This document shows, piece by piece, positions 25,491 to 37,550 of a stretch of 62,546 nt of DNA. Every line of letters begins with the position of its first letter. The first letter of the stretch is position 1. Below the pieces are notes generated by a model. The model searched no databases. It saw nothing but the letters and a program-made list of their open reading frames with translations, and was not told where the DNA came from. A program made the translations under genes and the position numbers. The DNA is from Ginglymostoma cirratum (taxonomy: Eukaryota). The stretch lies in NCBI GenBank assembly GCA_024137785.1, contig JAHRHZ010000221.1:186001-248546 (forward strand), given 5' to 3'.

Positions 25491-27589
25491 AAACATTTAC
25501 TCTGGAAATGAACATTTTATCGCTGAGAGATAGACAAATACTTACCAAAGCTGGGCTGTTAAAAATGGTGGAGACGTTAAAGTTAGGATTAAAAGCAGGA
25601 AAAAGTAAATCAGACATAATTTAAGTAATAAAACAGCATTTGAAACTGAAAAAGGGGCAAGCTAATATAACTGGTGAGTCAATTGAATCACTGGGACTTC
25701 AGTTGCTGATGGAGAAGCTTGAACAAGGAAATGAAATAGGGAATCTCAAGCTTGAAGCTAGGGAAAAAAACAGATAAAGAATGAACACTGCAGAGCGAAG
25801 AAAGGGCAAATGAGAGAGGGTTTTGAAAAAAAAAACATGAATCTGCAATTTCAGGTGGAGGAGAAAGAAAGTGAAAGAGAATTGAACAGTGAAACAGAGG
25901 CAGGAGAACAAAAAGGGTATGTGAAAAGGAATAATGGGTTAAAAAGCTGGAATGGAGAAAGAGGATGGCTGAGTGTCTGAGGAGCTTTTCTATGGGGAAG
26001 CATCTACATTCAACCCAAGAGCAAGTGGGAAGATTTTTAAATTTGTGAAAGCCTTTCTGAAGTTTGGTGAATGGGACATAGAAGCATTTTCATTTCTCTT
26101 GAAAAAATGGTGAAACAAATGACAAAAAGAAAACTGGACGCTGCCACTGCTCCTGCAAAGCAGACTGACAGGAATAACTGGTATGATTCGCACCTGGCTT
26201 TCTGAAAAGGCTCTAAAGATATTGAGGTGACAAAATAGACTATTTTCATAACACATAACACAAGAATTTGCGAGGGTAAAGAAAAATAATTTTGATCATT
26301 GGATGCAGGCATTAAGGGTGGAGATTATGTCAGAGACTCTTCTTTTAATTCCTTGAAAGGGATTTAAACATTCACTCCCTCTGTTATTGCGTACTCACAT
26401 ACAGAACCAGGTAATTCCAACACAAGATACACAACTGTGATCTGGGAAGGAAAAACCGGTTTTCAAAAAAAGTAGTAAGCTTTGGAAATGAATGTACTGG
26501 TTGTACTGGAGCATTGTTTTGAAGTGTATAAAACCAGTCAGACCACATGCATCATTTGTAAGTTTTACTGGATTTTACTTCTGGAATGGTTGACAATTAC
26601 ATGATGTTCCATAAATTAAAATTATTTCTTTCCTGTCAACATCAAAAATATGGGAGGAGAAAAGGCAGGCAGTTAGCCTGGGACAACGATGGTCAGCTGG
26701 GAATCTCCCAGGACCATCTCCTCAGTCCGGTGCTCGGGATGGAAATGATGTCCAATGGTTTAAAGATTTCTATTGTTAGAAGATGGGACACCTTTGTGCA
26801 AATATCTGAAGGCTGTGGGTAAATCAATGGGATTTATCATGGTCCACAAAGTCAATGCAAAGTAAAGAGCCCTGACTGAGAATACAACAGACCAGGTTTT
26901 AGTTCTAACTACAGCTGTAAGGCCAGACACAACATACACCTGAGAGTTACAGCGCATTTCTTGTCAAAATAAAAAGTAACTCCACATTCCTTAAGTGAGG
27001 TGGGTAAACTGAGGAAGACAGGAGCCACTCAAACTCTTTTGCCTGGGAAAGGCATAACTTTTCCACCAAAGAGTCCACTGGAGTCCAAGCTTGTAGTAAC
27101 GGAATATATAAGTTTGGCTCACATTTGAGGTTTTTTTTTTGCACTGTGGTAGATCTCTGGGCCAGGAAATCTGTATTCAAATCCCACGGTTCCAAAGGTG
27201 TGTTATGACATGTTTGAGCAGGTTGACAGAAATATCTACCAGCACACATTGGTATCAGGTACACTTAATTTGTGACTTAGTGTCTGGACTGCTCTATAGT
27301 TTGCCTGTCGACACAGCACCCTGGGAAGGAATAGTCCAGGGGCAAAACAGTAAACACAATGCTGTCGGTTTGGATAAATCACATCTACACTTTTACAAAT
27401 TTTCATTCAGACTGAGAAGCTTCATATTATTCGTGAGAAAGGTACAGCCAACTTGGAATAAAAAAGGTGATCGAGTGATAAAGAGTGACTGTGTGTGAGA
27501 GAGAGTGAGTGAATGAGTATATGTGAGAGAAAGAATGAGTAAGAAAGATTGAATACATGCGTGAGTGTTTATACCAGATCTTTTTATTG

Positions 27590-27960
27590 TCCTGCATCCC
27601 CACAAAATATCACAGAGTGCAGTCAGCATGGAATAAAGAAGGAAACTCTTTCTTGACCAATCAGATTGACTTCTGTGAAGATGCACCAGAAAAGATAGAC
27701 AAGATTAATGCAATAGATATAATACATTTGCTTTTACAAAATGCCTGCTAGATTACATTAAATTGTAAAGACCGAATTGTGTGAATCAGAGAACAACAGC
27801 AGAATAAATAACCAGCTGGCTACAAAACAGAAAACTGAATTGTGGTTAAAGGGTGTTAACCAGATTGGCAAATGCTGGAAAGTGATATTCTGCAAGGAAC
27901 AGTGCTGGGAACACAGTTGTTCACTATTTACAGAAACAACTTGAACTCGGTATTTGGAGG
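27590..27960 (+). mobile_element. Decayed CR1 RT fragment
   Basis: ORF 27557: GNSFLTNQIDFCEDAPEKIDKINAIDIIHL resembles CR1 GKSCLTNLIEFFE...VD.G.AVDVIYLDF. Confidence 0.7.
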
Positions 27961-28127
27961 ATATATTGTTAATTCGAATATTATAATAAGCTAATCAGAC
28001 ACAGGATACATCATCAAAGGAAACGATATTGCATCATGTGATATTTCTGTCGCTTCTTCAACTTTGTGTAAGATGTAGACAGCACAATAAGAGTTGCAAA
28101 TAATTGTGGGTTTCAGAGTTTACCCTG

Positions 28128-28278
28128 AATATAAATCTATAGCTCCCTTGATTAGATTTCTGCCTGAAACTCACTCCTGGCTATCTGTCACTCTGTATAT
28201 AAACCACCCAGAGCCCCTCGATTAGATTCCTCCCTGTAACTCATTTCAAGGTATTTGTTATTCTGTCCATAAACCAGC
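28128..28278. repeat. Approximately 70-bp tandem repeat, about 2 copies
   Basis: attagatt at 28151 and 28221; the unit ataaacc...cccctcgattagattcc...aactca...tatctgt repeats. Confidence 0.7.
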
Positions 28279-28317
28279 ACAAAATAAAAACATCGAGCTT
28301 GTGTCAAACACTGAGCG

Positions 28318-28354
<37 letters not shown>

Positions 28355-28469
28355 GTTGGTACTGCCAACAGCGAGGAATGTCAATGGTGAGCTGCTCTTT
28401 ATTCTTGGGGAATGAGAGAACAATATTTAGGGAGGTCTTGCTGTGATGATACAGGCATTTAGTGAGACA

Positions 28470-28710
28470 ATGACCAAAGCATGTGTGAGACTAAGTGTAA
28501 GTGAGTGTGTGTGTTGAGAGTGTGTATGGGGTGGGCAAGGTGGTGATCAAGAGTGAGTAAATGTGTGAGAAAGAGTGAGTGTGACAGTGTGTGAGAGTGA
28601 GTGTGTGAGTGAGAGAGAGAGAAATAGTGAATGAGTGTGTGAGAGAGGGAGTGTGAGAGAAAGATTGCATACATGTGTGAGAGTATGTTTGTTTGTGAGA
28701 GAGTGTGAAT
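28470..28710. repeat. Degenerate GA/GT simple repeat
   Basis: gtgagagtgtgtg-type low-complexity run. Confidence 0.8.
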
Positions 28711-30089
28711 CTTCATTGCTGAGTGTAAGAGTCAGTGAATGGCATATGGAGGAGGAAGAAGCCATTCCACCCTTTTAGAGGAAGCATCATAGCTTGCGAC
28801 TCTCTCAGGTTGCAGTTGTTCCGTTCTTCAAACAGTATCTTTGGAGACACAGAGCCCATTTTGTATGATCGATGTTGCCCCTGAGATATGAGCAGAAGGA
28901 GAGTACAAGACCAGTTCCAGTCTCACCCCCTCCACTTTTGAAATCTTTTCTCACTTAGAATTTGACAGAGTAGTTCACAAAACATTACAAATTGCAATTA
29001 AATTCACCTTGTCTCCTTACAAAGCGATTCACTTGGAGATGCCTATATACAGTTGCAATGGAAATATCCAATTTAATGTGTATAATGTCAGGAATATTGC
29101 CCAAAGACAACTTCTTTCCACATTGCATAGGGCACACATATGTTTCTGAACATGAGCGTGTTTCATTCTGAGAGGACATTCAGTTCAAATGCAATCCTCT
29201 CCACACCAGCATAGTGTGTCTGCGTGTGCGAGTCTGCATGAGTGTGTCTGCATGTGCGTCGCTGATGCTGCTGTGAGTTGCTCTCTATCCCTCCCTCTCT
29301 CTGATTGAGCCCCCTGATGGTTTTCACTCTCTGCCATCCCCCTGTGCAGTGGCAGGAGGAGGCCTTCAGAGGGTGGCACTGGATCACTTTACACACAAGG
29401 GAGCAACCAAGAAAGCCAGAGCCTTTCTCTCAGTCTCCCTCTCATCCCTTTCTCTTTCCCTCCCCCTTTCTCTCTCTCTCTCTCCTGCTTGCCCCCTCCC
29501 TCTGTCCCCCCATCCTTCCAGCCCTCACCCCATCCTCTTTCTCTCTCTGCCTCTTGCCTCTGGTAGAGTGGAGTCAAATTCTCCTCAAGCACCTTCATAG
29601 GTGGAAATGAATCCAAGAGCAGGCATGTCCACGCATGAGGGAAACCTCCCTTTACAAAGAAAGGAAAATGCATGGACGGATAATATGGCTGTAGGCTACA
29701 GAGCCCCATGTATCCACCCAATCCAGCAACAACAAAAGTACAAGGCCTGAAGTTTAGAAAAGCAACCCAGGTCAAGATAATGGAGAGAACTCCATTCCTC
29801 AATGAATTCTAACAAGAACATTTTTAAAATTCATTCACAGGATTTGCTCAGCACAGGCTTGGCCAGTATTTGTTGTCCATCACCAATTACCCTTGAGAAA
29901 ATGGTGGTGCGCCGCTCTCTGGTGGAATTTCCTTCTAGTGTTTTTTCCCTGTAAAAATATACTTAATTCATGAAAGGTCTTTACGTATATACACAGTTAG
30001 TGAGGCATTTCTGTACAGTCTTTGCACATCAATAACAACAAACACTGGAATTTGGCATTCGCTGCAATTGTTAAAGAAAACCCAAAGCA

Positions 30090-30600
30090 TTTAGAGTCAT
30101 AGAGTCGCACAGCACAAAAACAGACCCTACAGTCCAACCAGTCCATGCCGAACACAATCCCAACTAGACTAGTCCCATCTGCCTGCTCCTGGTACATATT
30201 CCTCCAAATCTTTTCTATTCATGTATCCATCCAAATGTCTTTTAAATGTCGTTATTGTACCCGCATCCACCAGTTCCTCAGGAAGTTCATTCCACAGGTG
30301 AGCCACCCTCTTAAGTCTTTTTGAAATCTCTCTCCTCTCACCTTAAAAATGTGCCCCCTATTCTTGAAATCCCCCATCCTAGGGAAAACACAATCACCAT
30401 TAACTCTATCTATACCTCTCATTATTTTATAAATTGCTAGTCAGGTTGGCTCTCAACCTCCTATGCTCCAGCCTTTTGTTATAACTGAAGTATTCTATAC
30501 CCAGCAACATCCTGGTAAATCTCTTCTGAATCCTCTCCGGATTGATAACGTCTCCTATAACTGGGCAACCATAAAAGGACACAGTATTCCAGAAGAGGCC
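30090..30600 (-). mobile_element. CR1 LINE 3' end
   Basis: Begins with the catagagtc tail repeat; the reverse complement matches the CR1 ORF2 end. A related copy lies at about 31650-32330 and continues at about 32625-32730. Confidence 0.7.
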
Positions 30601-30669
30601 TCTGGCAAATGGGACTAAATCAGTTTAGAATACCTGGTCACATGGAAAGTTGGACTGAAGCGTGCTGTA

Positions 30670-31590
30670 TGACTGTCTGGTGCATGTGTTCAGGTTTCTG
30701 TATCTTGTGCCTGACAGAAGAGGTTGCAGGAGGTTATTACCAGGATGGGATGGGTCTTTAATGATGTTATCAGACTGATGAATGGACTCTCTCGCCTCAA
30801 ACAATGCTGATCTTGTTAATGTTGATCTCAACTTGTGAATGCCCTCTGCGACATAACCTTGATGCTCTAAGTTCTTTTTTCACCCCAAGATCTGTACGTC
30901 CTTGCTTACTATGATCTGCCTGTGCTTCTCATAAACAAAGGTTTTCACTGAGCTTAGGTACCCGTGACAAGAAATAAATCAAGTCAAATCGAATCAAAGC
31001 ACTTCATGATTATGGAGATCATGTGCTTTCTTAGGCACTGGGATGATGGTGGTCTTCTTGAAGCAGGTGGAGACTTTGGCTTGCAGGAGGGAGAGGCTGA
31101 AGATGTAGGTGAACACCTCCACCAGTTGGTATGCACAGGATCTAAATGTTTGCTTCGGGACTCTGTCCCAGCCCACCAATTTCCTTGGGTTGACTCTCAG
31201 GGAGAACGATCTGACATCTGCAGTGGTTACGGAGGGAACAGGTATGTCCGGTACTGTCAGGTCAGGCATGACTGTGCCGCTGACATTCTGCTTGAACCGA
31301 GCATAGAAAGCACTGAGCGCATCAGGGAGGGACGTGTCATTGCTCTGCTTCATTTTGTATCCTGTTATTTTGTACAGGCCTCGCCACAGGTGGCGGTGTC
31401 CGTGTGGTTGGTTTGGGCCTCTTAACTTGGTCTGGTACTGTGTCTTGGCATCTCTGATGGTGTTGCAGAGGTCATATCTGGATTTCTTGTACGGGTCTGG
31501 GGCGTCTGACTTGAATGCTGCATGCCTGGTATTTAGTCGGGAGTGAATTTCCCAGTTCATCCGAGGTTTCAGATTGGGGAACACTAGGAT
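30670..31590 (-). mobile_element. Rex1/Babar-type LINE fragments
   Basis: ORF 30994-31722: YKKSRYDL..IRDAK..Y..KL, LWRGLYKITGYK, LPDALSAFYARF, QLVEVFTYIFSLSL...CFKKTTIIPVPKK. ORF 30625 carries the 3' piece IIKDPSHPG. Confidence 0.8.
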
Positions 31591-32334
31591 TGACTTCTGT
31601 GGAATGCAGAAATATTGAGAGATTAAGTGAATGGACAATATAAATAGAGTCATAGTCATAGAGTCATTCAGCATGGAAACAGACCCTTCAGTCCAACCAG
31701 TCCATGCCAAACACAATCTCAAATTACACTAGTCCCACCATAGATAACAAGGTGTTGGGCTGGATGAACACAGCAGGCCAAGCAGCATCATAGGAGCAGG
31801 AAAGCTTGATGTTTCGGGCCTACACCCTTCATCAGAAATTTCTGATATAAACTTCTATCAGGTCACCTCTCAACCTCCTATTCTCCAGTGAAAAAGTCCC
31901 AGTCTATCCAGGCTTTCCTTATAACTCAAATCTTCTGTATTCAGCAACATCCCGGTAAAGCGCTTCTGAACCCTCTCCAGCTTGATAGTATCCTTCCAAA
32001 ACTGGGCAACCAGAACTGGACACACTATTCCAGAAAAGGCCTCACCAATATCCTGTACAACCTCAATATAACGTCCTACTCCTATACTCAAACAACTGAG
32101 CTATGAAGGCAAGAGTGCCAAATGCCTTTTTAAAGTGATGTAAATTTTTAAAGAATTCTACAACACTTCCCAAAGCCCTATTATGAATTGTTTAAGCCCT
32201 ACCCTTATTTGTTCTCCCAAAATGCAATACCTCACGCTTATCCACATTGAACTCCATCTGCCATTTTTCAGCCCATTGACCCATTTGGTCAAGATCCTTT
32301 TGTAATCTTAGAAAACCTCTTTTCCCAATGGATC

Positions 32335-32624
32335 CCTACAATGTCGAAACAGGCTTTCAGTCCAACGGGTCCACACCAACCCTTCGAAGAGCTTCCCACC
32401 CAGACTCATCCTATTCCTTTAATCCTGCATTTCCAATGTCTAACCCATCTGCTCCCGGAACACTTTGGGGCAATTTAGTATGGTCAATCTGCCTAACTTT
32501 CACGTCTTTGAACTACAGGAAGAAACTGTGCAAACTCCACACAGATAGTCGTGCATGGCGGGAATCGAACCTGGGTCCCTGGGCGCAGTGGGGCAGCAGT
32601 GCTAACCACTGAACAACCGTGCTG
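32335..32624 (-). mobile_element. V-SINE (HE1-like) tRNA-derived SINE nested in CR1
   Basis: Minus strand reads cagcacggttgttcagtggttagcactgctg (A box)...ggttcgattccc (B box)...tctgtgtggagtttgcac (V domain). Confidence 0.8.
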
Positions 32625-32764
32625 TCCTCTTCACTGTCTACAGTGTCACTAATTTTGGTGTCGTCTACAAATTTACTAACCATGCCTTCTACATTCTCAG
32701 TCAGATCATTCATATAAATGACCAACAAAAGGGGACATAGAGCTACGTTTCCAATGTGAACCAG

Positions 32765-32910
32765 CCTGGGCTCACCCACGTGGCCGCTCCCCCCCCCTAG
32801 CTTCCGGGTCCTCCAGGCGCATGCGTTGCTCACCGGGGCGGGTCATCGTGAAGTGATTTCCGGTCCCGCCCATCTCCCTGCCCGACGTCACTTCCAGGAC
32901 AAGATGGCGC
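32765..32910 (+). promoter_or_regulatory. PSMB5 CpG-rich TATA-less promoter
   Basis: E-box CACGTG 32777-32782; ETS cttccgg at 32801 and tttccggt at about 32857; NRF1-like GCGCATGCG 32817-32825; CRE/ETS composite GACGTCACTTCC 32884-32895; YY1-like CAAGATGGCG overlapping the ATG. Confidence 0.7.
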
Positions 32911-33104
32911 TGGCGGACGTGCTGAGTTCATCCTCGTTCGTTTTTCGCAACAACTCGAGCCCGGGGTTGGAGCCGGGACTAGGCCCCGACCGGAGCCTAG
33001 GGCTCGATTTCCTGCTGGCCCCGGGGGGACAGCACGGGGAGCAGGAGAGCGGCAGCGGGGACAGGATCGAGATTTTACACGGAACTACCACCTTGGGATT
33101 CCGG
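32904..33104 (+). CDS. PSMB5: Proteasome subunit beta type-5, exon 1 (60-aa propeptide plus catalytic Thr1)
   Basis: ATG in aagATGg; MALADVL...IEILHG/TTTLGFR; phase-0 donor gtcaga at 33105. Confidence 0.93.
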
Positions 33105-33129
33105 GTCAGAGGCTGAGACTGAACCTTCT

Positions 33130-33328
33130 TTACCCCCCGAACCCACCCCCCACCTTCCCCTCCACTTCCCGAACCCCCCCCCAATCTCCCCATCTACCCC
33201 CCCACCTTCCCCTCCACTTCCCGAACCTTCCCCCTCCACTTCCCGAACCCCCCCCCAATCTCCCCATCTCCCCCCCCACCTTCCCCCTCCACTTCCCGAA
33301 CCTTCCCCCTCCACTTCCCGAACCCCCC
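33130..33328. repeat. C-rich minisatellite in PSMB5 intron 1
   Basis: Repeats of ccttccccctccacttcccgaa interleaved with ccccccccaatctccccatct; runs into the gap. Confidence 0.9.
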
Positions 33329-33728
33329 NNNNNNNNNNNNNNNNNNNNNNNNNNNNNNNNNNNNNNNNNNNNNNNNNNNNNNNNNNNNNNNNNNNNNNNN
33401 NNNNNNNNNNNNNNNNNNNNNNNNNNNNNNNNNNNNNNNNNNNNNNNNNNNNNNNNNNNNNNNNNNNNNNNNNNNNNNNNNNNNNNNNNNNNNNNNNNNN
33501 NNNNNNNNNNNNNNNNNNNNNNNNNNNNNNNNNNNNNNNNNNNNNNNNNNNNNNNNNNNNNNNNNNNNNNNNNNNNNNNNNNNNNNNNNNNNNNNNNNNN
33601 NNNNNNNNNNNNNNNNNNNNNNNNNNNNNNNNNNNNNNNNNNNNNNNNNNNNNNNNNNNNNNNNNNNNNNNNNNNNNNNNNNNNNNNNNNNNNNNNNNNN
33701 NNNNNNNNNNNNNNNNNNNNNNNNNNNN
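33329..33728. other. Assembly gap (400 N)
   Basis: Run of n. Confidence 1.
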
Positions 33729-33890
33729 GCTGGATGAACACAACAGACCAAGCAGCAGAGGAGCAGGAAGGCTGATGTTTCGGGCCTAGACCCTTCTCTA
33801 GAAATGCTGAAAATTTCTGAAGAAGCGTCTAGGCCCGAAACGTCAGCCTTCCTGCTCCTCTGCTGCTTGGTCTGTTGTGTTCATCCAGCT
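33729..33890. mobile_element. Penelope-derived inverted repeat with hammerhead-like core in PSMB5 intron 1
   Basis: Near-perfect arms of about 70 bp (gctggatgaacacaacagacc... and ...ggtctgttgtgttcatccagc); core CTGAAGA...GAAACGTC at about 33817-33844. Confidence 0.8.
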
Positions 33891-34118
33891 CCATACAGTG
33901 AAAAGTGCTGTTTTGCTTCTATGCATGCGATGAGGTGAGGTGCGCAGTGATTGTATTGAATGGTGGAGCAGAATGGTCTACTCCAGCTCCTATTTCTTGT
34001 GTAGAAGGGGGAAATGAAAACCTCAAGTAAGGGATTGGGGTGTGAGGGAAAGGAGAAGAGATAAGGGAGGGTGAGAGAGAGGGTGTGAACAGGAAGGATG
34101 GAGGGAAGGACTGTATGA

Positions 34119-34508
<390 letters not shown>

Positions 34509-34704
34509 TGAGCGGGGTCATTCCTGGGCTGGGGAGCTATCCATTCACCCTCCTTATCCCCGGGTTGGCAGGGCTAATCTCTGAAAAGTGTGCTGCCTCT
34601 GCAGTCTTATGTCCTGAATGGCAGATGGTGCTTCTGTGTGATTTCTCTCCCATCTTCCTTGACTTTCGCTGTCTCTCTCTTTCACCCTCCCCTATCACCT
34701 CCAG

Positions 34705-34991
34705 GTCTCTACTACGTCGACAGCGAGGGAAATAGAGTCTCAGGTCAGATCTTCTCTGTGGGCTCGGGCTCTGTCTACGCCTATGGTGTGCTGGACCGGG
34801 CGTACCGGCACGACATGAGCCCCACGGAGGCCTACGAGCTGGCCAAGCAGGCTATCTATCACGCCACCTACCGCGATGCCTACTCAGGGGGAATAGTCAG
34901 CCTCTACCATGTCAAAGAGACCGGTTGGGTGCGTATCTGCCGTGACGATGTCATGGACCTTCATCAGAAGTACAAAGACAGGTGTGCCTAA
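34705..34991 (+). CDS. PSMB5: PSMB5 exon 3
   Basis: Acceptor ctccag; [14 protein letters not shown]...YRDAYSGG...KYKDRCA*. The spliced CDS is 201+307+287 = 795 nt (264 aa). Three coding exons fit PSMB5 rather than PSMB8 or PSMB11. Confidence 0.97.
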
Positions 34992-35553
34992 AGCCAAATG
35001 AGGGGTGGCAACCGGGGGTCGGGTGAGGGGAAAGAGCTGTGTGTGCGCGCGCGCCGGGGAGAGGGTTCCTACCCAGGAGTTTCACTGGGGTGGGGCAGTT
35101 TGTTTATCGAGTGAATGTTTGCTCCCACAGAGTCACAGCTGGACAAGAGGGCGAGGGACCCCACCCCCACCTCTCTTTCTTTCTCTGTCTCTCTCTCATC
35201 CTCCCCCAGTCCAAGCTTGGAGCTTTCCGACTGGATGGGGAGGAGGGACGGGGAGAGAGAAAAGTGGACTATCTGACACAGCTTTGCAGATCTCTGCTGG
35301 GAATGGAGGATGCGGCTGGGAAATTTGTGGGTGAACATTTGGTCGTCTTCCCCCGCCCCACCCCATGCTCAATATTGTGTTAGAGGGGCAGAGGAGATAA
35401 GGGTGAAGATTAGACACAAAGTGTCTGGTTTCAACAATGATTTGTCTTTTGGGATGGAGGGGGTGAGACCCATTTTGAATCGAAGCTGGGCGTTTTTTAA
35501 TGGTCACTCCCATGTTAACACTAACCCTCTTGTGTTTTTTTGCTTGGAATGGC

Positions 35554-35559
35554 AATAAA
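35554..35559 (+). terminator. Candidate polyadenylation signal of PSMB5
   Basis: First AATAAA seen after the stop codon, preceded by a U-rich tract. Confidence 0.65.
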
Positions 35560-36389
35560 CTGTTACATTTAAGGATCTGGCTGTGCAATTTCTGGTCAGG
35601 GATCTGAGTCTCCTCTTGTGTGTCTTGACTTGAATGGTGTGAAACAAGAAGGGGCAGCAAACCAGACACAATTCAGACAGTCCTGTGTGAAAAGGTATTA
35701 GCAACACGTGACCAAACATTCAGAATCGGGAGGTAGTCAAGAGCTCAGAACTTGAGGAGCACAGAGATGCTTGCAGGGACTGAAAGAGGTCACGGAGATA
35801 AGAGAGGGTTTTTCAAAGATAAGCAGGGTTTTGAGGTCCTTTCAGGAAACGAGTGAGACAGATTAACTTTGACTAACATATGCCATTGTAAATCCAAATC
35901 TATAACCAGTGACTTTCCTGCCTTTTGTGTGGCATCTCTCTGCACAACCTGTTTCTGCATCTTGCTTTTTAGAACTAAGGTGGTAGGGAAAATATTTGAA
36001 TGTATTGTTAAGGAGGTTACAGCAGGTTGTTTAGAAAATCTTAATGCACTCATGCAGAGTTTGGAGGCATCTGTGCGCTGTCTTAAACAAGGAGGCTAAA
36101 ACTGTACACAGTACTCCAGATGTGGTCTCCCTAACACCCTGTCAGTGTCGTAGAACTATGACTTTTATGTCCCATTTGCAACAAACAACAACATTTCATT
36201 TGCATTCCTAATCACTTGTGCAGCACCCGGTTAGTTTTCAATAATTTTAACTTGATTAAGCAAGTGTGCAATTAATTTCTGCTTTGATTGTGGTTAGTCA
36301 TAACACACTTTGTCAGTTATCTCAGCCACAGGATTTGCTCAGGGTAGATATTACATCTCTAAACAGGTTGATTATAAAATAATACACTT

Positions 36390-37550
36390 CTGGAACAAAG
36401 GTAGAGGTTACCACTGCACCAGAAGAGCTCCTTATTTGCGTCAGACAGTGTCCCAGCTCAACCATCTTCAGCTGCTTCATCAATGACCATGATAAGGTCA
36501 GAAGTGTGGATGTTCGCCGATGATTGCACAATGTTCAGCACCATTCATGACTCCTCAAGATATGGAAGCAGTCCGTGTTCAAACGCAACAAGATCTGAAC
36601 AATATCCAGGCTTCGGTGAAGGTGATAAGTAACACTTGCGCCACACATATGCCAGGCAATTACCATTTACAGTTAAGAGATAAACATCTCATAATAGTCA
36701 ATAGGATTACAGTCACTAAATCACCACTGGTGACAACATCCTGGGGGATACAGTTGACCAGAAACTGAACTAGATTAGCCATTAACTGGATTAGATTCCC
36801 CAAAACCTGTCCACCATCCACAAAGCATTAGTCAGGAATGTGATGGAATATTCCCCACTTGCCTGGATGGGGCTAGCTCCAACAATACTCAAAATTTGAC
36901 ACTATTCAGGACAAAGCAGCCCTCTTGATTGGCACCACATCCACAAGCATCCTGTGCCTGCATGGGTTTCCTCTGGGTGCTGCAGTTTCCTCCCACAGTC
37001 CAAGGTTAGGTGGATTGGCCAGACTAAATTGCCTGTAGTGTCCAGCGATGTGCAGGCTGGATGGGTTAGCCATGGGAAACGCAGGATTACAGGGACAGGG
37101 TAGGGATGCGGGTCTAGGTAGGCTGCTCTTTGGAGGATCTGTGTGGACTTGATGGGCCGAATGGCCTGCTTTCACACGAGGGATTCTATGATCTTTAGGT
37201 AGCACCTTTCAAACCCATGACAACTTCAATCTAGAAGGACATGAGTAGGAGATGCATGGGAACACCAGCCCCTGCAAGTTTCCCTCTAAACTCCTCCCCA
37301 TCCTGACTTGGAAATATATTGACGTTCCTTCGGTGCTGCTGAATCATCCTTGAATTTGCTCCCTAAGGGGCATTGTGGGTCTATCTACAGCACATGGACT
37401 GCAGTGATTCAAGAAGGCAGCTTCCCCCCCACCTTCTCAACCTCTCACCAAGGAAGGGGTCGGGGGGAGACAGGTGTGCAACTAGGGACGGAGTGATAAA
37501 TGCTGACTGAGTCAGCAATGTCCTCAATCTGTTTGAATGAATGAAATAGG
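36390..37550 (+). mobile_element. CR1/L2-group LINE 3' half with a nested V-SINE fragment (about 36950-37195)
   Basis: atgttcgccgatgattgcaca encodes MFADDCT (RT catalytic motif); 3' tail ends tgaatgaatgaa. Confidence 0.75.

Noticed and set aside
32800-32860. ARE (NFE2L1) element expected at proteasome promoters
   Set aside because: The nearest matches have wrong spacing relative to TGA(C/G)nnnGC.
33075-33751. Long minus-strand ORFs of 185-222 aa
   Set aside because: Artefacts of the N gap and the G-rich minisatellite.
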